Positions 28,790 through 40,790 of a stretch of DNA of 64,000 nucleotides are shown piece by piece (the stretch's first letter is position 1; each line of letters opens with the position of its first letter). Under the pieces are notes generated by a model. That model was given only the letters and a program-made list of their open reading frames with translations. It did no database searches and was not told where the DNA came from. Position numbers and translations under genes: made by a program. The stretch is from the NCBI RefSeq assembly GCF_009914755.1, contig NC_060927.1. One strand, 5' to 3'. The DNA is from the human T2T-CHM13v2.0 reference genome, Homo sapiens.

Positions 28790-29152
28790 TGATATGGTTT
28801 GGCTCTGCATCCTCACCCAAATCTCATGTTGAATTGTAATCCCCAATGTTGGGGAAGGAATGTGGTGAGAGGTGATTGGATCATGGGGGCGGATTATCCC
28901 CTTGCTGTTCTCATGATAGTGAGTGAGTTCTCATGCATCCTGATGGTTTAAAGGTGTGCGGCCCCTCCCTCTTAACTCTCTTTCTCCTCTGCTGCCATGT
29001 GAAGATGTGCTTGCTTCCCCTTTGCCTTCTGCCATGATTGTCATGCCACCTGCACAGCCTGTGGTACTGTGAGTCAATTAAAAACTTATTTTCTTTATAA
29101 ACTACCTACTCTCAGGTAGTTCTTTGTAGCAATGTGAGAATGGACTAATACA
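28790..29152 (+). mobile_element. MSTA-type MaLR solo LTR
   Basis: tgatatggtttggctctg...cccaaatctcatgttgaattgtaatcccc...ggactaataca. Perfect 5-bp TSD GTGAG at 28785-28789 and 29153-29157. Confidence 0.93.
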
Positions 29153-30145
29153 GTGAGTATTTCATTCTGTACTAGATATCATCTTTTAGGACAGAACAAC
29201 TGGGGAACAGCCTTGGGAGAGGGAGCATAACATTGAGCGGAAGAAATGAAATCTATTTCATATTATATGAAATATTATTGAATAAAGGAATACTATTTGG
29301 CTTGAAAGTGAGAAGATTTAGAATGACCCAAGATGCCTTTTACATATATTAAGAATGATCAAGAAGAATGGTATTTTACCTTTTTCAGTATGGCCCAGAC
29401 TAGCATATTAAGACCAATGGATGAAAAGAAGATAGATTTATGCTCAATGTAGAAAAGAAAATTCTCATAGTCACTGGTAAGTTTTCTGTCATCATAGGTT
29501 TAAATTTACTCAGTAACAACTCTGAAGAAATATTATAGGGTTAATTCAAGCATCAAGAGTAGAAATTGATCCACATGATCTCTGGGGTGTTTCCCAAATC
29601 ACAGAATCTAGGATCTACCTTTCTAAAGCAGATTTGGCCCAACCACTCTAATTTACCATAGGTTCCTGCCAGACATGGCCAGTCACTCTCCCTTGTGTTT
29701 ACTTTACACCTTCCCAATTCAATTCCTTTGCTCAGATTTTGTCCTTTGCCTGAAATGCTCACATACTCCACCAGCTGGTATTGTACTGATTCTTGCAAGT
29801 CCAATCTAAATGACTCCTTCTTACTAAATGTCTCCCAACTTAAATATCTCCTCCTTATTGTCCAAGCTGGGTATAACATTTATTAAATGGCAGAGCAGGA
29901 ATGAATACAACAGAACACCAAAAAAAAAAAAAAAAAATCTTTGTCTTTTCCTCTGTCTCTCTTTTTCTTTCTTTCAGATTTAAATATGAATAGTCGACTA
30001 AAGCAAGTTCCAATTTTGAAGGAAGGAAAGAAGGCCAAACTAAAAAAGAAAGAAGACATAGTCTTTATGGCACTGAAGAACTGAATAAATTAAATTTATC
30101 CTAAGTTATTAAAAAAATGGTAGATATTATGACAAACCCCATAGT

Positions 30146-30352
30146 CTTTCTTTCTTCCTTCCTTCCTGTCTCCCTTCCTTCCTCTCTTCCTCCTCTTCCT
30201 TTCTCTTTCTATCTTTTGAAACACGGTCTCTCTGTTGCCCCTGCTGGAGTACAGTGGTGCAGTCATGGCACACTGCAGCCTCGAACTCCTGGACTCAAGT
30301 GATCCTTTCACCTCAGCCTGTAGAGCTACAAACACCTGCCACCACGCCCAGC
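30146..30352 (-). mobile_element. Alu right monomer (FRAM/AluJ fragment) with a CT-rich expanded tail
   Basis: gaaacacggtctctctgttgcc...cactgcagcctcgaactcctggactcaagtgatcc, preceded by a (CTTC)n-like tract. Confidence 0.85.
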
Positions 30353-33300
30353 GACTTCTTTCTTAAGGCAAGGAAATGGTAGTTATTTCCTTCTCATAGC
30401 AGAGGCAAAATCTATGCCCTCTATAAAAAAAGAAAAGTAAAGGACAACTTTGGTAATATATGGATCTACTTAATATTGGTTCCCAGTAAGAAGAGATTAT
30501 AGATTGAAATAAACATGACAATAAGGGAGGGCAGACATGATAATCCTCATTTACAGGTAAGGAAACTCAAGGTAAATGAGGCTAAGTTACCTGTTCTTCA
30601 CCACCAAGATCTTTAACATTCTAATCCAGTACTCTTCCCACCACATCAAAAACTATTCATCAGTAATTTACTATGAATGTTTGAATAACAATGGTGTCAA
30701 GCAAGAAATTTTGTGTTTTTTTAATGATAGTGACAAATTACAAGGAGAAAACAAGCTCAGAAATGCAGTATTATTAGCAGTATTCCTACTAAATAAACAA
30801 ACTATCCTACAGTGATTACCTCCAAGGTAACAAACAGATCCCATCTTATTTCACAGATGAGAGACTAAGAAAAGAATCAATGAAAAAAAAAAAGTTAAGG
30901 AGTTGGCAGAAATGATAAAATGGGGGAAAAAATAGGGCAGGCTATCAACTTACAGCCTATCAGTGACCTTGCTGATAAAGGCTTTGGTTGAGAAGTTGAG
31001 TGCTACCATGATAAAAGGAGAATTAAGATGATGCCAAGACTATTTGATTTTGCAGTTAGGAAGAAAGCAGTGATAGCCAACTTTAATTGAAATCAAAAGG
31101 AGGTGAGTAAGGAGATGAAGTCAACTTTCTTGAGAAATTTGGCACTAAAGGAATAAGAAATTTATTTATTGGTAGAGTGGGAAACATTGTAAAACAGAAA
31201 AAAAATCAATAAAACTGAGTTTTATATATTTAAGGCAGAGAGCTATGCATGAATAAAGAGATATTGAAAAGGCAAAAGGAGATCAATATCTAAGGGTTGA
31301 AGACGTGGAGTATCTTAAAGATTTTTTTTAAAAGGAGTGCACAGATAGAGAGACTAGACATGGGGAAGAAGAGCAAAGAGGGGAGAGAGGGAAGAAAAAA
31401 AACAGAATAAGTTGGTCGTATTGAAGCTTCTCCATCAACCCTAGAACAATTAGCTTCCACCAGTATTTGTTTTAGGAGGAATAGTTTAAAGAGGAGAAAA
31501 GGAAAGGTGAAAAGGCCCAGTCTAAGGGCTCTAGTTTATATGGAAGGACGTGAGAAGAACAACAATATTGTGAGATTTACCAATTTGAAGAGAATGCAAA
31601 ACTTTTATTATATCCATTATGAAATATATATATGAGATATTCAGAAAGAGTTAGATACAAGTATTGCTTAGCAGCAGGATTCAGTTGATATGAGAAAGCA
31701 TGGCTTTGAAGGTTCTATGATTTTCTTTAGAAGTACCTTTGGGCCCAGAAATATAAGCAGAAATTAGACAGTGGCTAGTATTCAGGTTAGAGGCTTAGAA
31801 CATAGTTTCTTCATGTAACCTTGGATTGAACTTCCAAGGGAGATTGAGGAATCTCCATTGCCTAAAATCTCAAAGAACATGAGGTCCCTTGGAGTACTAT
31901 GGTTCCACGAATAGTAATTCTGATCACCATACATCAAGTTTCTCTCCTCTGAATAAAGAACAGAGATTATTCCTTCTAATCATGGTGCATCTTCCATTGA
32001 CTCAAATACTTATAGCTGCATATAGTAGTTGTTTAATAAGTGTTTGCTAACTAATTCTAAATGGAAATAGGTTTTGGACAGATTGAGATACTTTAGTGAG
32101 GCTTATAATTTTTCTGCTTAAAGGTGCCCTTTAATCATTAGCATAGTTCTTTACATAGTCTGTTAAGTTAAATTAACATACTTTTTGACTCTAAAGTCAA
32201 CTTGTATTTGAACTTCCAGTAAGATTAGTACATGCAATTCACTGTAACTTTTTTAAAGTTACATTTATTATTAAAAAAATACTTAAGATACCCCATTGCA
32301 TTCTGAGAGTTTAACCTAGAATTGGAAGAAGATATTTTAACATTCATGAAGTAAAATATTCTTTCAAGTTTTCAGACTATTAATCCCTTGTCAATTCATT
32401 TCCCTCTTAACAAATGATCAGTTAATTTAAACTGTAGATTTGTTACTTAGAGTTTCATAAAAATACTAAAGAAGATTGTAAGTTTTTTTGTTAAATTTAG
32501 CTGTTGATGTCTTCTCTTTATAATTTTGAAATTTTTCAGTTTCCAGAACTTCAAAATAGATACTATTTTCCAACTCCTCAATCTTTTTTCTGTGTAAAAG
32601 GAAAATAAGCCCTATGGTGATCTCTCAGTTTGGAGTTTTTGGTTTCTATTTGTTAGTGTAGAAAGAAAATAGTCTTAACTTCTACTTTGAGATTATAGAT
32701 AGCAGAAAACAGTTCTATATTTATTTCCCCACATATTCCCTTTGGTTCTGGTTTTATACAAGTATAATGGGAAATACTGAAATACAGCAAGTTGACAATC
32801 CATTTTGGAACACTTAGATACCTTGAATAATTATTGAGATCTGTGGGTTATTACCTGTACTGAGTCTTTTGAGATTCATCCACTTCTATTTTCCATTTAA
32901 AGGGGACCTTGGTCCTATGACTTCAGAAAGGACAAGCCCCAAGGTCCCAGCTGTGTTCCCCTTTTATCTCCTAATCTAGTCATCTCACTTACCCCTAAGG
33001 TCATATATCTTTTGCTGTTCTCTGTTGCATGAAGTAGCCTTTATGCTTCAGAAAATTTAAAGGTCATTTTCCTTTCTTTGAAACCTCGCTATGTTTTTTT
33101 AACTTACAGTGTCAGTTTCAGTGAAAGGAAACGGAGAGGTGAATTGTCGTTTCACTGGTGATAACCAGAGCTTAGGGGAGTACTTCCACTAGTTGTTTTC
33201 AACCCTGGGTCACAATGCCAGTGTCCCAGACTGAGTTCCCTTCCCACTTAAACCTCATAAACTATAACCCAGCAATGACATGGCATTCATGGTGTGAAAT

Positions 33301-35423
33301 GAATGTTGTTTCACAAGAAGTTGCTGCATCATGGAAAATACACTTAAAAAGAAAAAAGAAAGTAAGTTCAGCGATCAATCAGAGTGAAAATTTGGATAGG
33401 GCTAAAAGGTCCTGCCCTCCAAAGCTGAGTTCTCAGAAAGATGTCAGGAAACTAATACCCACTACACCTTTATAGTAAAATTATTTCTCAGTCAAGTCCT
33501 TAGATATTCATGTAAAGCTAGACCTTTTGCAATGAAAGCAACAGGTGTTGTGAATTCCTTTTTGTTGGTTTTGAGCTTCTGTTTTTTTCCCTATTGTTGA
33601 CAGTATGATCTTTAAAAAAAAAACTGTATCTTTTGAAAGCTACAAAATACATTTTCCAATCCTCTTTAACCTTGTATTTTTTATAGAAATGCACTCTGAT
33701 CTATTATTTTATAATCATATTACATACCTGAATGCTGCCTTTCATCCACTTTCTGACATCAGCAGGTTACTAGTCACATGAAATGAATACTGATTGGATG
33801 TGGATGGCATCTACTGGCCATGAATTCTGATTGGCTAGTTGCTCAGAAGCATGAAGGTCACTTGCTGAATTGTTTGTGCTTTAGTCAATATTGTCCCATG
33901 TTCTCTTGCAGACCTGATTTCTGAGAGCATTATTTAACAACAACAACAAAAAACAACCAAATCCGCACATCGGAATTCTAATCAAGGGCCCTTGTTTCCT
34001 TCCAGCCTCCAGCTATGAAAATTACATTATTCTTTTTATGCCACCTTCCTTTGAATGTTCTCACAAGAAAACCTTTACATAGTTATCTAAAGAAGCCCAA
34101 TCCATGTGTGACTAGGTGTCTAAGGGTAAAAATGACAAGAGTCACTAACAATGGAAAAGTCTAACTTGGAGGTCCAAAGTGCACCCATCTTAATCTCTTG
34201 TATGCTTCTTGGTCAAAATGTTTTTCTTTACATAATTTAACATAAATGCCTCCACATTTTATTTATCTTTGAAGGAAGGAGGAAGTATAAAATAAAACTT
34301 AATCATCACTATCAATTCATTCTACGGATAGGGAAAGGATAAAGTTGAGACAGCCTAAGGCTTTCATAAGCGGTTATTGATGAATGAGAATAACACCTTT
34401 ATACAACTGGTGGATGTTTGAGACTGAACTGTGTATGAAGGAGATATTTACAGGCAGAAAGTCAGGGATGGGTGGTGATTGCAAGAAATGTAGATGGCAT
34501 GACTCCCGTTCCAGAGATAAGCTTGCCAAGTTCTCTACCTAGTTTAGTAACAGCTTCCAAATCATCTGGATGCCTATTAGTCCACACTGATTTTGAACTT
34601 AGTCTCATAAGATACAGATTCTTTATTTAAATATGTATTTACTTGTTTATTTTAAATAAAAAGGGGAAATCCTCAAATTGCCCAAGATTCTTCTGGTACA
34701 GAATTAATAAAACAGCTGAAGTAGGACCCAAGAGGTCCTCAGTGTCTCAATTTCCCATTTTCTACACTCTGTGACTAGTTTCTCAGGTTTTTAAAAACCT
34801 TTTCCTATGTTCCCTTTTCCCCTGTATTGTACATTCTCTCTCTTTTCTTTTCTTTCAGTCTCTGAGCCTCCATCCCCCATTCCTCCAGCCTCTCCAGTTA
34901 CCAGTAGTGCTGATTGTATTTCTCCTCTTTCTCTTTTTATCTCCATCACTGTCTCAGCCAGGGCTTTTCAAGTACCTGAGATTTATTTTTATTTTTATTT
35001 TTAATCACTTCCTCTTTTTCTGTTTATCTGCCTGTCACTGTCTTTGCTTTTCTCAGCCTCCTCCCATGGGTGCACCGTTATCTCTTTTCTCCGTCTTAAC
35101 CAATCATTGCCTATGGAGACTTTTTTTTTTTTTTTTTTTAAATCCAGTCTAAGGCAAAGTATGAATAGCTTGCCAGAGAGGTCAGTTGAGATTCAATTTA
35201 AAAGTAATGCTATGGAAAATCCAACTTCCATATCTCACTCCTTCATTGCTGCCCCTGCCAATACCAAAATATAGCAACAATAACAACAACAAAAAACAAA
35301 CACCAAGTTAAAAACTTGGCTTTCTGAGATGCAAAAAGGAAACTGAGTATGGGTCATCTGGGTCACTATAGGAAAATCTTAGCATTTGACATGGTATTTA
35401 GCCTTGTCTATAAATAAATTAAT

Positions 35424-35738
35424 GGCCAGGCATGGTGGCTCATGCCTGTAATCTCAGCAGTTTGGGAGACTGAGCAGGGAGGATTGCTCAACACCCAGAG
35501 TTCAGGGCTAGCCTAAGCACTATAGACTTCATCTCTAAAAGAAAAAAATAATAATAAATTAAATTAGCCTGGTATGGTGGTGCACACCTGTAGTCCCAGC
35601 TACTTGAGGCTGAGGTGAGAGGATGGCTTGAGCCCAGGAGGTCCAGGCTGCAGCAAGCCATGATTGCACCACTGCCCTCCAGCCCAGACAACAGAATGAG
35701 AGCCTGTCTCAGAATAAAAATAATAGTAATAATAATAA
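35424..35738 (+). mobile_element. AluJ
   Basis: ggaggattgctc...gaggatggcttgagcccaggagg...agccatgattgcacc, with a (TAA)n tail. Confidence 0.93.
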
Positions 35739-35834
35739 TTACTAAATTACAAAGTACATTCTAGTTTTTGGTTTTATGTTCCTCAGTATTAAGATTTCTG
35801 ATAATCACACATTGAGCCAACAACTATTTACAGA

Positions 35835-37360
35835 AAGGTCTGCCTAAAAGGAAGATTTTCCAAAATAAGTAATTAACATCTAGTCAAAGAAAGAGCCATA
35901 CAGAGGGGAGGGCAGAACACATGAGAGGACAGTGCCTAGTGGAAAACACAGATGATTAACACGATATGGCTCCTTACACTGGGGCCTGCAGAAAGGAGAA
36001 CAGGCAAGAGATGAGTCTTCAGAGATAGGCAAGGGCAGAACCACAGAGTATTCTTGATGTTGGCACAAAAGTGGCAATGTTAACATTAAGAGACAATGGG
36101 AAACTATTGATGGCATTTACACAGAAATAGAGGTTGCAAATTTGTGCTATAGAACAATAATTTGACAGCACTATGGGAAATAAACTGAGGGAATGTTAGA
36201 GAGGAGGTAGGGTGACCAGTTAAGAGGCTCCTGCAGTACTCTAAATGAGACATAATACCAAGTTGGAAAAAAAAATCAAGAAATAAAAACAGTTCAAGAG
36301 ATATTTAAGTCACAGCTTAGAATCAAGCTGGGTATGGGGAGCAAATAAATAGGAAGAGTCTGGGATGACACCCACACTTCTGGCTTGCCTGAATGGGGGT
36401 GCTATTCACAAAGAAAAAAAAAATCAGGAGTAAAAATGGATATGAATGGGAAACATGATCAATTCAAATTTTCTGCATATTAAAATCGTTTATTTTGGGA
36501 ATTATAAATAGAGATTTCCTTCAAAGAGTTAGATATATGGGCCTTAAACTCAAGATATAGGTCTAGGCTAGATGTATGCTAAAATAAGAGCATCCAAGGA
36601 GAAAGAAAGAATCAGTGATTTTCTTCCATTTTATAGTTGCTAAACATTTACTGAGAGTCTACTATAGGTACAAAGTGTGAGGGATTTAGCTATGTGGTGA
36701 GAATAAAAAGAAGGAATGAATGATCCTTGTCAATTCACTTATCTAATCATTTATGGATTCAATGAATGTTTATCATATTACTAAAAATTAAACCGTATAC
36801 TAATTAGTAAATAGCAGTACCTAGTATTAATATTAAGAATCCAGTTAGAAAGTAAGATTGATAAAGCCCTAATGATAATGGTAAGTAATTTCTAGTGTAG
36901 CTCCTTTGAGGGGTACACACTATAGTGCAGTAGACATAATTCATTGTAAAGACTGTTACAGTAAAGTTATGCATACATTGCAATGGTAAAATGAGTGAAA
37001 GGGTGACATCAGGGTTCTATATAGGTTTGAAGGGAGGACATGTAATCCTAGGTAAAATGATTGGCATGTACGAAACACAGAGGTGTAAGAGTGCTTCTTA
37101 TATTCCATAGATGGTGAGCAGTCTTGTGATCAAAGCTTAGATTATGTATGGGGAACAGCTGGAAATGAAGCTGGAAATACAGGCTAGGGTCAGATTGTAA
37201 AGGGCCTTGTAAGAAGCAATAATAAGATAAACTTTGTCCTGAAGGTATCAGAGCCAAAAGGCTTTTATTTAGACTACTATGCTCAAACAGGTATTTTACA
37301 GAGGAAATTCTGGTCACTTTACAGAGGAAGGATTTATTGCAAGAAAGCCTGGAAATAAGA
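35835..37360 (-). mobile_element. L2 fragments (at least two pieces)
   Basis: gaccagttaagaggctcctgcagtactctaaatgaga; gatgacacccacacttctggcttg; aacatttactgagagtctactatagg; ggggtcagattgtaaagggccttg-like motifs. Confidence 0.6.
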
Positions 37361-37364
37361 AACA

Positions 37365-39318
37365 TTTAGGATAATTTAACATTTATTGTGATAGCTATTA
37401 TTAAATATCCTAGCTAATAAAAAATCAGTACCAAAGCGTTGCTGGAACAAAAATACAAAATGGAATATTGGCTTAGTGGTTAATTAGTGAGCAAAGTGAA
37501 AGGTTGGTGGCCAGTTAAGAACTAGATACATGATCTATGATATGAAGCAGCAAAATATTTGGTAAAATTGTCACCTCTATTAACTTGTGAGTTAGGCTAC
37601 ATGCTTAACCGAGTAAGCAGATTGAAAAGAAGTTCAAAAACTTTGCATTTGCTACTATTGGCTGCCTGTGGAAAACAGCCTCAAAGATAATCCCCAGTGA
37701 TTCTCGCCTCCTGATGCTCATACCTCGTACCCATGTTATCCTACAGTTGGTATGAGTGACCAATATCATATGGCATATCACTTTCAAGGTTAGGTCACAA
37801 AAGACTGTGGCTTTGGTTTTGGCTGTTGTTATGCTCACTCACTGGCTTTCACTGTTTTGGGATAACAGATGCCCAAGGAAACCCCATTATGAGAAGCCCT
37901 GGGGCTTTTCTACTGGAAGTCCCACATGGTGAGGAACTGAAGACCCTTGCCAACATCTACAACCATGTAGGTGAACTTGGAAGTAGACTCTCAGTGCCAG
38001 TCAGTTCTTCGCAGACTGTAGCCACAGCTGACGGTTTGGTTGCAATCTCATGAGACTCTGAGGCAGAGCCACCCAGCTAAACTGCTCCTGGCTTTCCAGC
38101 CCACAGAAATTGTGAGATAATAAATGTTTGTTGTTTCAAGCTGCTAACTTTTCGATCGATTTGTTACCCAACAATATATAACGAATACAACTGCTTTTGG
38201 AAGAGATGATCAAAGGAGAGAATTGCCAAGTTTGCAAGTAGAAAAAAAAGAAGAGTCCAAAAGTTTGGGGCTTTGAAGGGTTAAAAAAGCCAACTGCTTC
38301 TTGATCTCAAATGGTAACAGGTGGAATTTTAAAAGACTTAGAATGACAAAGGGCCAATGAAACCTCTTAGTTGATAAAAGAAACTTAGGGCAAGGACCAT
38401 ATTAAGGGTGGGGCTCAAGGTAGCTACAATTAGTTGGCTGGAGAAGGAATGTAGGGGTTAGAAAGCAAAAGAAATAAAACATGCTTGAGAGCTATTTGAG
38501 TTAACTGAGTTCAAAAGAACATTGAGCATAGTTAGCACGAGTTGCTGACTAGAAGCAAATAGATTAGAAGCCTACTAAAACACATTTCACCAGTATATCT
38601 TAGGGATACATATATCACCAAAAAAATAATGAGCCCAGACTAAGAAAGCCAGAATTTCTGGGAAAAACATATGCTTTTTGAATTTTTATTTAATTGAGAA
38701 ATTGGCTGAAGAATTTGCTTTCTTTTTAAACCCTGGGCCACCACGAGAAGAATGTGAACTGAAAAAGTTGTGCAGCCCCTAAGGAAAGCATATTTCCAAA
38801 TACCCACTTCAGATGTGATTAAGGAAATAGTAGGTGAGTGATCATCTCTACCCCTAGATGGCAGATCCAGGAGCCACTGGAAAAAAAAAGAGGGGGGTGG
38901 GGGCAGTGAGGAAGAACACAAAATCAGAAGCTCAGCAACAATCATATCTCACCACTAGGTGGGAGGAGGGAGTTTTCATAACACCCAGTGGAATTTTGGA
39001 ATTGCTTTGGACCAATGACTAATGTTTCTCCCATTTATACCTTTTTCCCAGGGAGCCTCATTCCATTTCTCTTCTATCATTTTATATTAGGCATATATGT
39101 GATGAAGAGGGGAGGAGACAGATAGCTTATCCTTTTATTTCCTTAATTGCTGGACTAAGAGGAAAAATATCTGAACCTCATGAGCAAGGCTGTGTATTTT
39201 GGTAAGACTGTGGAACTGGAGGTGTCTGCAGTTACTGGGTTTTCTCCCTTAGGGAGAAGGGGACAGTATGCTATGTGAAAAAGGAAGTATATGGCTCTCT
39301 GGAGGTCAGAGCGCTGAC
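37365..39318 (+). mobile_element. MLT1 provirus remnant: 3' tip of the 5' LTR plus MLT1 internal sequence
   Basis: LTR end ...atcctagctaataaa, then aaatcagtacc...gctggaacaaaaatacaaaatg...attggctt (MaLR-int start) and gcagcaaaatatttggtaaaattgtcacct. Ends ggaggtcagagcgctgac just before the 3' LTR. Confidence 0.65.
37667..38189 (+). mobile_element. MLT1F/E-type LTR nested in the MLT1 internal sequence
   Basis: tgtgg...ccccagtgattctcgcctcctg...cccacatggtgaggaactga...cacagaaattgtgagataataaatgtttgttgtttcaagctgcta...aataca. Confidence 0.85.
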
Positions 39319-39718
39319 TGCGACAGAAAAAAAATGTTTTGTATTTACCATACCTCATTTCATTTTCTTCTTCCTGATCACAAACAAGATCACATTTCTA
39401 AGCCTCCCCTGTGGTTAGTCTCTCCCATAAGAATGAGTTCTAGCCAGTGAATTGTGAGTGGAAGTGAAACATGTTTCTTCTGGTTGAGGAAGTTATGAGC
39501 TAGTGCCTTTCCTGTTCTTTCCCTCTTCCCCCTTCACAGTGACCTTGGAGGCCATGTTTTTCCAATGGCAGAGCTGCAAGTTAGAGAAGAATGATACATA
39601 CAGGACTGCAATGTAAAGGAGGAATACACTTTTATTGTTTTAAACAATATTCGTTTAACCTTGTGTTATTGAGATTTCAGGAACTACAGTGGCAGCTGGG
39701 ATTATCCCAATTAATTTA
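39319..39718 (+). mobile_element. MLT1I/J-type 3' LTR
   Basis: acatttctaagcctcccctgtggttag...gagttctagccagtgaattgtgagtggaagtga...gagatttcagg. Confidence 0.72.
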
Positions 39719-40637
39719 GATCCCTTTCCCTTCACTTCTCCACATTATATAAGAACAGTAAAATGTCTACTAAATAAGTAACACTGTTTAGGTCAACATC
39801 TTCAAAGTTTAGAAAACATTTATCAGATAGAATGTAGTTTTACAAGGTTTCATGTATAGAATGGTTTATGATGTGTGAATTCATGTATATGCTACCAGAT
39901 GATTACGAATTAGGACTTATTGTATATACTGAATTCTGGACCACACATCCAAATTATACCTCTGATATAGGACCTTTAATGCAAGCATATTTTGCAGTCA
40001 GGAGAAAATTCTTGAATATAAGATTTGCTATTTAAAAATTGCATGGAATGACTTCCTATCATTTCACAGCTAAAGTTCTTCAAACTCTTCAAATTCATCC
40101 AGCAGGTCAGATTTCTTTCCTTCTAAGTTTTAGGTACATAAGGACAATTTTATAAACTATATGTAGGTGATTTATATAAAGCTAAATATGTAATGTTTCT
40201 CTAATCTTTCTCTGACTGGATGACTTCTTATTCTGCTAATATCTTCATGATCCCATCTCCTCTGCAAAGATGAGAAGACTCATCTCATCTAAAAGCTTTC
40301 TAACTACAAGTAAACCAGACAAAGGTAAACTACTCCATTGAGTAACTTCTTTATTTCTTAATGTTTGAGATAACAAAATCACATGCAAATTTTCATTACA
40401 ATGCTTCAGAACATTATATAAGTGATGTATTTCCATTTTGATCTACTATATTTCACTTAAAATCACATAGTTAACTCTTTTTACATAGTGTTTAATTTGA
40501 TTTCATGTGCACACAGAAGCAAGCATGCCTAAAAGAGTAGTGCCAAGACAAGAAACACTGTTTCTCAAGCTTGCTTCTGGAACAAAATTTAAATGTTGGA
40601 TATCAGGGTAGGGAATAGAATGTCTGTAGAATAAAGT

Positions 40638-40790
40638 GTTTTTTGTTTGTTTGTCTGTTTGTTTGTTTTAAGAGAAATATGAGGTCTCACTGTGTTGCCC
40701 AGGCTAGACTCAAAATTCTGGGCTTAAGTGACCCTCCTGCCTCAGCCTCCTGAGTAGCTGGGATTACAGGTACACACCATTGCGACTTAG
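40638..40790 (-). mobile_element. FLAM/AluJ monomer
   Basis: (GTTT)n tail, then gaggtctcactgtgttgcccaggctag...cctcagcctcctgagtagctgggattacagg. Confidence 0.88.

Noticed and set aside
29380-29560. Possible L3/CR1 3' fragment, plus further L2/MIR scraps at ~29.7, 30.5-31.8 and 50.9 kb
   Set aside because: Too degenerate to give reliable boundaries by eye.
33119-33157. Hairpin CAGTGAAA...TTTCACTG as a miRNA or snoRNA
   Set aside because: Only an 8-bp stem, with no convincing box motifs or pre-miRNA-length pairing.
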